From NCBI GenBank assembly GCA_030834985.1, contig JAUQWV010000001.1, forward strand, positions 192,680 through 256,679: a DNA stretch of 64,000 nucleotides. The letters run 5' to 3'. The number at the start of each line of letters is the position of its first letter. Position 1 is the stretch's first letter. The position numbers were made by a program, and so were the translations under genes. The notes beneath the pieces are model-generated. The model was not told the origin of the DNA. It saw nothing but the letters and a program-made list of their open reading frames with translations, and did no database searches. This document shows, piece after piece, positions 49,037-57,689 of this stretch. This DNA comes from Candidatus Dojkabacteria bacterium (GTDB taxonomy: Bacteria; Patescibacteriota; Dojkabacteria; J137).

Positions 49037-50845
49037 TTACACCTTACCTAAACTTTTTGCAAGTTTATTGATCTCCTCAGATAATCCTTTTATTTCAGTA
49101 ATTCCTTTATCCCAGAACTCTTTTTGAGTAATATCAATATTTAGATTTCTAAATATCTCTTTAGGTGATTGACTTGTTCCCGCACTTAAAAATTCTTTAA
49201 CTTTGTTTATAAACAAGTGATCATTCTTAACGGCATTCTGCATAGATTTAGAAATTAGTAATCCGCTTGCGTATGAATAAACATAAAAGAATCTTCTTAT
49301 ATGTGTCCAAGTTACCCACTTGTATTTAGTTTTATTAAATATAACCGAATTACCGTAAAGTTTTGCAAATGAATCTAAAAATACTTGACCTATTTCTTCC
49401 TTTGATAAGTAGCCTTTTTCTCTGAATTGTCTATGAAGATTCTGTTCAAAAGTATAACAAGCAACTTGCACAAAAATTGTTGCAATATCATCCTCAATTT
49501 TTTGCATCATCAAAACAAGCTTTTGTTCATCGTTAGCTTCCTTCTCTAGTTCCTGCCATACAAAATCTTCCATAAAAGTGCTTGCCACTTCTGCAGTAGA
49601 TAATACTGTTCCATAATTCAATTCATTTTGTTTACGCATTAATACATCGTTTATTCCATGACCTATTTCATGTGCCATAGTCAAGCAATCTTGAATTTTG
49701 CCAGTAAAATTTAATAATACATAAACTGGCGAATTTCTAGATACATTTGCGCAGAATGCACCACTTGTTTTTCCTTTTTTAGGTAACACATCTACTCTTT
49801 CTTCGTTAAAGAAATCTAAAAATATTTTATTGAATTCAGGATCTAAATTATTCAATACTCTTGATACAAGATCTACAGCTTCTTCCAATGTGTAGTTTTT
49901 AATATTACTAACATCTATGGTTTGGTCTAAATATTCAATTCCTAATAAAGCCTCATGTGCTTGTAGTTTTTTTTTACCGAGCATTTTAGCTTTAAATTTG
50001 AAGTAATCTTGAACAACATCAAAGTTGCTCACAACACTTTCTACCATTGCATCTACAACTTCGGTATCAATATCATCACTTAGATGTCTAGCAGATTCTG
50101 CACGTTCAAAGTTTCTTAATTTATCTGAAGTTTTTTTATATTCTAAAATCGAATTTAATTCATTTTCTGCTACGCTAGCCCATCGTTCTCTCATTCTGTA
50201 TAAAGCTTTCACAGCCGATTCGCGAACTTTAACGTTTCTAGTATCAATCATAGGACCGATTTCGCTAATCGGCTTTTTTTCCTTTTTACCCTCTTCAGTT
50301 AAAACTTCTTCTAGATCATTTGCTATAAAAGATTCAGTCATTTGAACCCAGTTATAGGTAGCAGGTTTCGAGATTAAATTAGCGACTTTTTCCTGGTCTT
50401 CAGTTAACAAATGGTTAGCTTCCTCAAAAAGTCGCTCTAGAAAATGCCTATATTGTTTAAGCTCTTTGGCATTTAAAAATTTATCTTGCTCAGACTTATC
50501 AATCTTAGAAATTCTATATGTAAAAAACTGTATTTGATTGCCTAAATTATCAGTAAATTCAGAAATCTTATTAATTTGAGCTTTAGTTTCAGGATTTCCC
50601 TGCTCAAGAGCATCTTTAAGTTCAAAATAGTAGCTTATCTGAAAATCAAGACCATACTTTTCCATTAAAGTGTTGTATTCATCTAAAGCCTCTTTAAGAA
50701 CTTTGGGATCTTTTAAATAGTTATCCATAGGATTCCATTTTTTTGTAAAGCTATCCCATGCAGTTTTAACTTCTGCTTTTAAGTCCTCAATCTTATTGGG
50801 ATCTTCTGATTCAAGTATTAATTTCAAATTCCACTTTGTATTCAT
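49037..50845 (-). CDS. pepF: M3B oligoendopeptidase F
   Basis: GKTSGAFC, HEIGH, AEVASTFME, FYVYSYA. Confidence 0.9.
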   Translation of the reverse strand: MNTKWNLKLILESEDPNKIEDLKAEVKTAWDSFTKKWNPMDNYLKDPKVLKEALDEYNTLMEKYGLDFQISYYFELKDALEQGNPETKAQINKISEFTDNLGNQIQFFTYRISKIDKSEQDKFLNAKELKQYRHFLERLFEEANHLLTEDQEKVANLISKPATYNWVQMTESFIANDLEEVLTEEGKKEKKPISEIGPMIDTRNVKVRESAVKALYRMRERWASVAENELNSILEYKKTSDKLRNFERAESARHLSDDIDTEVVDAMVESVVSNFDVVQDYFKFKAKMLGKKKLQAHEALLGIEYLDQTIDVSNIKNYTLEEAVDLVSRVLNNLDPEFNKIFLDFFNEERVDVLPKKGKTSGAFCANVSRNSPVYVLLNFTGKIQDCLTMAHEIGHGINDVLMRKQNELNYGTVLSTAEVASTFMEDFVWQELEKEANDEQKLVLMMQKIEDDIATIFVQVACYTFEQNLHRQFREKGYLSKEEIGQVFLDSFAKLYGNSVIFNKTKYKWVTWTHIRRFFYVYSYASGLLISKSMQNAVKNDHLFINKVKEFLSAGTSQSPKEIFRNLNIDITQKEFWDKGITEIKGLSEEINKLAKSLGKV

Positions 50846-50893
50846 CTCTTAATATTTTAAAAGCTAAGTAATAATATCACGAGTACGGTAATA

Positions 50894-50921
50894 TTGAATT
50901 TAGGTCTAGTTTTGATATAAT
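50894..50921 (+). promoter_or_regulatory. Promoter of tRNA-Gly
   Basis: TTGAAT (50894-50899), 16 nt, TATAAT within TGATATAAT (50913-50921). Confidence 0.6.
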
Positions 50922-50938
50922 CGTTTTACTTTCGATAT

Positions 50939-51010
50939 GCGGGTATAGTATATCGGTTATTATATTGGTTTTCCAAACCAAGGAGGCGGGTTCGATTCCC
51001 GCTACCCGCT
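50939..51010 (+). tRNA. tRNA-Gly(TCC), CCA not encoded
   Basis: GCGGGTA/TACCCGC acceptor stem, U73, anticodon arm TTGGT-TTTCCAA-ACCAA, T arm GCGGG-TTCGATT-CCCGC. Confidence 0.96.
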
Positions 51011-51079
51011 TTTTTTATCATTTGCACAGCCATATTAATAAGAGTAGAATCCTTATAAATACTTATCATCTATAATTTT

Positions 51080-51343
51080 ATGGAAGCATTCGAAAAACAA
51101 TGCCAGTCTTGCGGGATGCCTTTGGAAAACGGTAAAAAGTCCGGAACCGAAGCAGATGGGAGTCCAAGTAAACTATATTGTACCTACTGCTACAAAGATG
51201 GCAAATTCTTGCAGCCGGATATGACATTAGAAGAGATGAAAAAAGTTTTAGATACTACTATCGGCAAAGAAGGTCTTAAAGGAAAATTTCTTGCATTTTT
51301 TGGAAAGATGCAACTAAAAAGTCTAAAAAGATGGAAAGTATAA
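51080..51343 (+). CDS. Putative zinc-ribbon protein
   Basis: CQSCGMP..GTEADGS..YCTYCYKDG..LKRW. Confidence 0.88.
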   Translation: MEAFEKQCQSCGMPLENGKKSGTEADGSPSKLYCTYCYKDGKFLQPDMTLEEMKKVLDTTIGKEGLKGKFLAFFGKMQLKSLKRWKV

Positions 51344-51419
51344 TCGTATAATTGTAACCTCAATTAATTTCCCCTATACTTAATATGTAAACTTATTTTA
51401 TTTGTTAAGAAATAGGCTT

Positions 51420-51773
51420 ATGAAGATATTAATAAATCTTGTCGTAAGTACTATCGCTGTGCTTATTAGCGCATACATCATTCCTGATGTACAGGTGGAA
51501 GGATTTTTTGTAGCAGTTGTAGTAGCAGTTGTACTTGCTATTGTAAATGCTTTGGTAAAACCAGTAGTAGAGTTCTTAACTTTACCTGTGAATATCCTTA
51601 CACTCGGATTATTTAGCTTTGTTGTTACTGCATTAATGGTAATGCTAACAGCTGCCATTGTTCCTGGATTCCAAGTTGGCGGATTCTTAGCTGCATTACT
51701 ATTCGGTGTAGTACTATCGTTAGTTAACGGAGTACTGTTTGCTGTACTACCTGGAGAAAAAAAGGATTTGTAA
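51420..51773 (+). CDS. YvlD/phage-holin-family 4-TM membrane protein
   Basis: NALVKP..LTLPVNILTLGLF, VPGFQVGGF; start at ATG 51420. Confidence 0.88.
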   Translation: MKILINLVVSTIAVLISAYIIPDVQVEGFFVAVVVAVVLAIVNALVKPVVEFLTLPVNILTLGLFSFVVTALMVMLTAAIVPGFQVGGFLAALLFGVVLSLVNGVLFAVLPGEKKDL

Positions 51774-51775
51774 TA

Positions 51776-52429
51776 AATAAAGGATCATATATTCTTGAAA
51801 TAAAACAGTCTGGCTATGTACCATACAAAGAAAATATTGAATATAACACTAACGAAGGAATTGTTGCCAAAGATATCGGCTTAGTTCCTGAGGTCAGCTC
51901 TGCGCAAACCTTTAGACTAAATCTAAGATCAAAACTTTATACACTAAACACTATTTTGGTATATGCAGGATTTGCACTATCTATTGTTGCACTTATAGTA
52001 AGTCAAACATTATTAAATGTTGTAATTGTAGCTTTATATGCAGCCCAATTTATTATCTTTAGATTACTAAGCAAAAAAACAAAACGTGAGTGGGGCTATG
52101 TTTATAACTCTAAGAATGGAGCTAAAATTAAAGGAGCCTTTGTAAGAATTTACGATACTGTCTTAACTAGACAGGTAGAAGTAATTATTACTGATGAACA
52201 GGGAAGGTATATGTTCAATAACTTAAAAGAAGGTAACTACTTAATAAGTGTATATTCCGAAGGATATACCTTCCCTGCCCAGTCGCAAAGTAACCTAAAC
52301 TTAACTTATAGTCAAACCGGACAAGCGTTTGTAAAAGTTAGCGTTCTTAAAGGTAAGCCAATTAATCTAATAATACCTTTAGATCCTTTAAGCCCATCTG
52401 CAGTTAGAAGTGGTCCTTTTGGAAGCTGA
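51776..52429 (+). pseudogene. 5'-truncated membrane protein with carboxypeptidase-regulatory-like domains
   Basis: The frame is open about 60 codons upstream of TTG 51956 with no ATG and encodes half a domain (GSYILEIKQSGYVPY). A full domain follows (IKGAFVRI..TDEQGRY.F..GNYLISV..GY). Confidence 0.55.
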
Positions 52430-52431
52430 AA

Positions 52432-52824
52432 TCATTTTATTACTTCGGGTAAAGCTTCGTCTGTTTGTATAAACTTTAACGATAATGAATTTACGCATTC
52501 GCGCACATTTGCAGGCGTTAACTCTTCACCAATAAACTCGTGTCCCAAATGTGCGCCACAATTAGCGCATTGTATTTCTATTCTTGCACCATCTGGGTCC
52601 GGAAGTTTTTTTAAAGCGTTAGGATAACTTTTATCAAATGCAGGCCAGCCACAATGTGCCTCAAATTTAGCTTCAGAAGAAAAAAGTGGTAAGTTGCATC
52701 TTCTGCAAACAAAAGTTCCAGGCTCGTAAAAGTCATCGTACTCACCTGTAAACGGAGCTTCTGTTGCTTTATTTACAATTACATCTTCTTCTTGTGGTGT
52801 TAACTTATTGAATTTATCTTTCAT
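52432..52824 (-). CDS. msrB: Peptide-methionine (R)-S-oxide reductase
   Basis: TEAPFTGEY, CRRC, CGWPAF, CANCGAHLGH, RECVNS. Confidence 0.93.
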   Translation of the reverse strand: MKDKFNKLTPQEEDVIVNKATEAPFTGEYDDFYEPGTFVCRRCNLPLFSSEAKFEAHCGWPAFDKSYPNALKKLPDPDGARIEIQCANCGAHLGHEFIGEELTPANVRECVNSLSLKFIQTDEALPEVIK

Positions 52825-52831
52825 AAAATTA

Positions 52832-53602
52832 TTATTTAAGAAGTTTTTTGATTTGTGGTACCACTTCTAAGGTTCTTTGGTAGCCAGCGTCAACTAGTTT
52901 ATTATCCATCTTTTTAAAATCAAACATATTTACACCGTCTTTAAAGTTGCCGATATCTAAGTCTACCGGATCTAATAAAAGTTCTTTTTCGGCATTAACC
53001 CTTACAAGTGCGGAAATTGATTGAAATATACTGCCTATCGGCTCCATAAATTTTAAAGTAGAGATAGAATCTACATCACAGCCAACTACTATATCCGCAC
53101 CCATTTCACGGATATATTTTGCTCCGTAATATACGCTATATCCTCCTTCAGCTAATAATTTACCACTTATTTTGTATGGCAGCATAAGCGGCGATAATGC
53201 GCACGACGCTAATATTGCTTCCGCCAAATTGCCCTCCCGCATTACCGCCGCTTTTCGTTCATCTAAATCAGTTGCAAAAATTGCTAGTGCAGGTTTTGTA
53301 TTTTCAATTTTAAAATCCCCAACATATGTTTTAAATGTTTCTAAAACTCGTTCTTGATCTAAGATCTCAACGCCATCAAAAGGATTTACATCTAATAATG
53401 AAGATATATTTACATTCTTAATAATTGATTCTATCTCTTCAAAGCTTTTTCCTGTACCAAAAAGCCCAGCTATAATTGCACCTCCACTTAAAGCTCCAAT
53501 TGCATGAACTTCAATAGCATTGTCATAAAGAGCTTTTAAAACTCCAAGATACACAAGAGCTTTAACACCTCCGCCACTAAAACTTAATCCCAGCTTTTTC
53601 AT
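52832..53602 (-). CDS. Patatin-like phospholipase
   Basis: SGGGVKA, ALSGG nucleophile elbow, ATDL, EGG in place of DGG. Confidence 0.85.
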   Translation of the reverse strand: MKKLGLSFSGGGVKALVYLGVLKALYDNAIEVHAIGALSGGAIIAGLFGTGKSFEEIESIIKNVNISSLLDVNPFDGVEILDQERVLETFKTYVGDFKIENTKPALAIFATDLDERKAAVMREGNLAEAILASCALSPLMLPYKISGKLLAEGGYSVYYGAKYIREMGADIVVGCDVDSISTLKFMEPIGSIFQSISALVRVNAEKELLLDPVDLDIGNFKDGVNMFDFKKMDNKLVDAGYQRTLEVVPQIKKLLK

Positions 53603-54000
53603 ACTGATTTTTTTAATATCTCCTTAAGTACATCAATGTTGATATCGCTTAATTTGTTTACATACAAGCAGCCTTTTCCTGTTTTATATTTTCCCAGTGT
53701 ACTTAACAGTGTTGAATATTCCTGCTCAGGTCTATTAAAAACATATAGTGTAAGAGTTTGTTTGCGAGGTGAAAATCCTATTATAAACCAGTCTAACTCC
53801 CGGCCGCTTGCATACTTTAAATGTTGATTTCCAAAACCCACAATACTTGTTCCCCACATCTTAGGTTTATCTCCAGTAGCCTGCTGCATAAGTTCAACAA
53901 TTATTTTGCTATCTTCTCTTTTGACATTGTCTTCAATAGCGTTTATAAAAGCAGCAACATCCCCACTGTTAACTTTAGTTTTAAGCTCAGCCTTTGCCAT
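53599..54000 (-). CDS. DUF1801-family protein
   Basis: PKMWGTSIVGFG, GFSPRK, LGKYKTGKGCLY. Confidence 0.9.
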   Translation of the reverse strand: MAKAELKTKVNSGDVAAFINAIEDNVKREDSKIIVELMQQATGDKPKMWGTSIVGFGNQHLKYASGRELDWFIIGFSPRKQTLTLYVFNRPEQEYSTLLSTLGKYKTGKGCLYVNKLSDINIDVLKEILKKSV

Positions 54001-54003
54001 TTT

Positions 54004-54372
54004 TTATAGTTGAGTTCCGTCTGGGCACAATTCGAATTCACAGTTAGGGCCTGATCTGCCAACTTCAGTTGTTCCATCTGGGCACATTTTTACTTCCAAA
54101 GTACAAACTACGGAATTCTCATCTTCGTCTGAAGCAGTTGGACATTCGTAGAATTCACAATTATTTGAAGAATTCCTCATTACATATGATCCATCTTCAC
54201 ATTTTTTTGTGTCCATTTCGCACAACACCTGATTTACTTCAACATTATTGGTGGTTGTATTGGTTGTAGGATTCGTTAATGATTGAATTAATAGATATCC
54301 TCCAACTAAAAGTGCTACTACAACAAGTATGCCTACAATGATTAGCACGACTTTCTTTGTTTTTTCATTCAT
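54004..54372 (-). CDS. Membrane-anchored protein with two Cys-rich repeats
   Basis: TM helix, then CEMDTKKCEDG..R..CEFYECP and CTLEVKMCPDG..R..CEFELCP. Confidence 0.85.
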   Translation of the reverse strand: MNEKTKKVVLIIVGILVVVALLVGGYLLIQSLTNPTTNTTTNNVEVNQVLCEMDTKKCEDGSYVMRNSSNNCEFYECPTASDEDENSVVCTLEVKMCPDGTTEVGRSGPNCEFELCPDGTQL

Positions 54373-54389
54373 AAAATTTAATTAAAAAT

Positions 54390-55061
54390 TTATATTAAAC
54401 TATACATCAAATTAAGAACGAACACACCTATTACTGCAAGTACAACAGAAATTGCTACTATGTAAACTGATAATTTATTTTTTCTAAATAGTATAAAAGG
54501 AGTTGATAATGCCAGCACAATTAAAGCTAACGAAAAGAAAAATGGAAACAAGTTTATATAGCTAATTGATAAATACGGAATTATTTGTATTAAATTAGCA
54601 ATATTTTCTGTAAATACAATTATCAACGGAATTATTACCGCAAAGACTTTTAAATTAGCTTTTTTAGCAAATTCCGCCATTCTACCTGATAACCCACCAA
54701 TGCCCCCTAATATTATAGAGATCAAACCCCAGCCAATCACCGTTGTGGCCAGATTAACTCCTAAAAGCGGTGCTGCTCCTACCGAAGAATATATTAAATA
54801 GTAAACAACTATAGATAAAACTAAACTCGAAACAGGAAGAACAAAAGCTTTTATTTTACTTTTAAACCTTGTACCGAACCAAAAAGTAAATAAAATCCAA
54901 ACAGAAGCGGTATTAAAAAAGCCACTAAAAAAATATGTAAATGGTGATGGCAGTAGGATGTAACTTGATGACAACAGTCCCATAAGAATGCCTAACCCTA
55001 CTGCCATCAATGAATTTTTATTATTTTTAACAAAAACCAACATAATTAAACTTTTGTTCAA
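54390..55061 (-). CDS. Polytopic membrane protein (DUF6518-like)
   Basis: About 7 hydrophobic segments, NTASVW..F motif; the start could be ATG 55043. Confidence 0.65.
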   Translation of the reverse strand: MNKSLIMLVFVKNNKNSLMAVGLGILMGLLSSSYILLPSPFTYFFSGFFNTASVWILFTFWFGTRFKSKIKAFVLPVSSLVLSIVVYYLIYSSVGAAPLLGVNLATTVIGWGLISIILGGIGGLSGRMAEFAKKANLKVFAVIIPLIIVFTENIANLIQIIPYLSISYINLFPFFFSLALIVLALSTPFILFRKNKLSVYIVAISVVLAVIGVFVLNLMYSLI

Positions 55062-55080
55062 TTATATTGTATTACAAAAG

Positions 55081-55866
55081 TTATTCAGCTTCAAAACTTT
55101 GCAGTAAAAACATTATGATTAAACCTATAATAAAAGCTGCAATCTCTACAATATATTTTTTAACTCCAGCTTTTCGATGAATAACAGGAAGTAAATCAGC
55201 TAAAGCAATATATATAAATTGACCAGCGGCAACTGGCACCAAATATTTCTCTAAATCTTCAATAAAGTTTGTAAGTACAAAAACTAATACAACACCCAAC
55301 ATTGCCGTTAATGCAGTCAAAAAGTTAATTACTAAGATCCTTGCTTTGTTCCATCCTGAATAAACTAATACCGAAACATCTGCTATTTCTTGAGGAATCT
55401 CGTGGAAGATAACCGCAATTGTTGTTGCTATACCAATTTCTGGAGAAATTAAAAAGCTAGAGGCGATGGCAACTCCATCTAAAAAATTATGAATGCCATC
55501 GCCGATAATATTCAATTTACCTAAATGATTATGTAAATGATGGTTATGATCGTGCTCTTTTTCAATAACTTCTATTTCAGTACTGGAATCATGACTACAG
55601 TGAAGATAAGCCTCAATTATTAGCATAATTGTTATGCCAAAAAGGATTCCAAGCACTGATTCATTTGTATAGCCATGCAACTCTATGTGTTCAGGCAGGA
55701 GATGAAAAAAGACATCTCCAATTAAGCTTCCTGCTGCAAAAGATACAAAAGCAGTTATTAATATACTTTTAGAAACTCTTTTAATTAAAAAGAAGATTCC
55801 CACAAATGATACTAAGCTGACTAGAAAAGTTGCAGCAATAGGCATTATTAAATCCATATAAAACAT
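55081..55866 (-). CDS. ZIP-family metal transporter
   Basis: FAAG, HLLPE, His-rich loop, GDGIHNFLDG, HEIPQE. Confidence 0.93.
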   Translation of the reverse strand: MFYMDLIMPIAATFLVSLVSFVGIFFLIKRVSKSILITAFVSFAAGSLIGDVFFHLLPEHIELHGYTNESVLGILFGITIMLIIEAYLHCSHDSSTEIEVIEKEHDHNHHLHNHLGKLNIIGDGIHNFLDGVAIASSFLISPEIGIATTIAVIFHEIPQEIADVSVLVYSGWNKARILVINFLTALTAMLGVVLVFVLTNFIEDLEKYLVPVAAGQFIYIALADLLPVIHRKAGVKKYIVEIAAFIIGLIIMFLLQSFEAE

Positions 55867-55925
55867 TCTAATATATTATCTATTTCAATTGTACAAAACC
55901 TGTCAAGTTGTATTACAATCAAAAT

Positions 55926-57029
55926 ATGTTTCATTACTTTTATGTGACTTTTTTTAAGCCTATAGCATTTAGGTTTGATCCTGAGTTGGTCCACGATAAA
56001 ATGAGTCAATTCGGTCATTTTCTTGGTCGATTCAAATTAGGCAGATGGATTACCAAGCTGCTTTTCTCCTCTACTCAAAATGAAATTCTAAAACAAGAAA
56101 TTCAGGGCGTGGTTTTTAAAAATCCAGTTGGCCTTTCAGCAGGATTTGATAAGAACGCCAAATTAATGAATATTTTGCCTTATATAGATTTTGGCTTTGA
56201 AGAGATCGGTTCTGTCACTATGTATCCTTATGCAGGCAATCCAAAACCACGCCTTTACAGATTAAAAAAATCTAAAGCGTTAGTTGTCTACTACGGTTTG
56301 ATGAACGATGGAGTTAAAACTATCGGTAAAAGAATTAAAAAAGCATTAAAAACAGATATGGTTTTAGGTGTGTCTATTGCTAAAACGAATTCAGATAAAA
56401 CTGCTAAAGAGGAAGACGGTATTATGGATTACTATCATTGTTTAAAATATTTAGTAAATCATAACATTGGGCAATACTATACTATAAATATCTCCTGCCC
56501 CAATACCTTTGGTGGAGAACCTTTTACAACAGTCGATAAGCTAGACCGATTACTCAAAAAACTTTCTGAAGTAAAAACAGATAAACCTATATTTATAAAG
56601 ATGCCAATAAATCTGGATTTAAAAGATTATGACGGTCTTTTACAGATTTGTGTTAAATATATTATTACCGGTGTAATTATTGGTAATTTAACTAAAATTA
56701 AGGATCCTAATCTGATAAAAGATGAGATTCCTGAGCATATAAAGGGAGGAATTAGCGGGCTGCCAACACAAAAGTTATCAGATGACCTTATTAGCTACAC
56801 CTTTAAAAATTACGGTGACAAGTTAAAGATTATGGGCGTTGGCGGTATCTTTTCTGCAGACGATGCTTACGAAAAAATTAAACGAGGAGCTTCGCTACTG
56901 CAATTAATTACAGGCATGATTTTTGAAGGTCCATCTTTAATCAAAACTATTAACAATGAACTTACTGCTATGCTTAAAAATGATGGATACAAAAGCATTT
57001 CAGAAGCTGTAGGTGCTTATCATATCTAA
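55926..57029 (+). CDS. pyrD: Dihydroorotate dehydrogenase, class 2-like
   Basis: DPELVH, NPVGLSAGFDKNA, GNPKPRLYRL, NISCPN, GGISG, GVGGI. Start at ATG 55926, with TACAAT 6 nt upstream. Confidence 0.92.
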   Translation: MFHYFYVTFFKPIAFRFDPELVHDKMSQFGHFLGRFKLGRWITKLLFSSTQNEILKQEIQGVVFKNPVGLSAGFDKNAKLMNILPYIDFGFEEIGSVTMYPYAGNPKPRLYRLKKSKALVVYYGLMNDGVKTIGKRIKKALKTDMVLGVSIAKTNSDKTAKEEDGIMDYYHCLKYLVNHNIGQYYTINISCPNTFGGEPFTTVDKLDRLLKKLSEVKTDKPIFIKMPINLDLKDYDGLLQICVKYIITGVIIGNLTKIKDPNLIKDEIPEHIKGGISGLPTQKLSDDLISYTFKNYGDKLKIMGVGGIFSADDAYEKIKRGASLLQLITGMIFEGPSLIKTINNELTAMLKNDGYKSISEAVGAYHI

Positions 57030-57059
57030 ATCATCCAAATTGATATTATAGGATTATTT

Positions 57060-57104
57060 TGGTAGAATACACCGGTTTAATACACGGATAATTTTTATAC
57101 ACGG
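57060..57104 (+). promoter_or_regulatory. efp promoter and leader with three short direct repeats
   Basis: TGGTAGAAT (57060-57068); ATACACCGG, ATACACGG, ATACACGG at 57067, 57080, 57097. Confidence 0.5.
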
Positions 57105-57108
57105 CTTT

Positions 57109-57672
57109 ATGGCAGCAACATCTGAACTATATAGAGGCATGATTATTAAGCACAATAATGAGCCTTGCATTTTAATCGAAAAAGAATTCTATTCACCTGG
57201 CAAAGGCTCAGCATTTAACAGATGCAAGCTAAAGTCTATCAAAACAGGCAAAATTGTAAATGTTGTATTCAAATCAGGCGAGAAAGTAGATGAATTAGAA
57301 GTTTCAACCAGAAATATGCAATATTTATACGCAGACGATAATTATGCATACTTTATGAATCCAGATACTTTTGACCAGGTTACTGTACCATTAGAGGACA
57401 TTCCTGGAAAAACAGATTACTTACATTCAGATGCTAAATATATAATGTCTTTTTATGAAGATGAAGTTATATATGTTCAGCTTCCTGCAAAAATCTCGCT
57501 TGTTATTACTGAAGCGCCTGAAGCTGTTAAAGGAGATACTGCTACTAACGCTTTAAAAGAAGTTACAGTAGAAACAGGCTTAAAGGTAAAAGTTCCTTTA
57601 TTCATCAAAACTGGAGATAAAATAATTATCAACACAGAATCAGGTGAATATTACTCAAAAGAGAATAAATAA
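57109..57672 (+). CDS. efp: Elongation factor P (Lys-type loop)
   Basis: PGKG loop (Lys32), MQYLY, KGDTA, ETG..VPLFI. Confidence 0.97.
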   Translation: MAATSELYRGMIIKHNNEPCILIEKEFYSPGKGSAFNRCKLKSIKTGKIVNVVFKSGEKVDELEVSTRNMQYLYADDNYAYFMNPDTFDQVTVPLEDIPGKTDYLHSDAKYIMSFYEDEVIYVQLPAKISLVITEAPEAVKGDTATNALKEVTVETGLKVKVPLFIKTGDKIIINTESGEYYSKENK

Positions 57673-57689
57673 CTAGCCGATAATAAACA

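Noticed and set aside
50939-52429. Prophage at tRNA-Gly, suggested by the holin-family gene
   Set aside because: YvlD-type proteins are common chromosomal membrane proteins; no endolysin, structural or integrase genes, and no att repeat seen.
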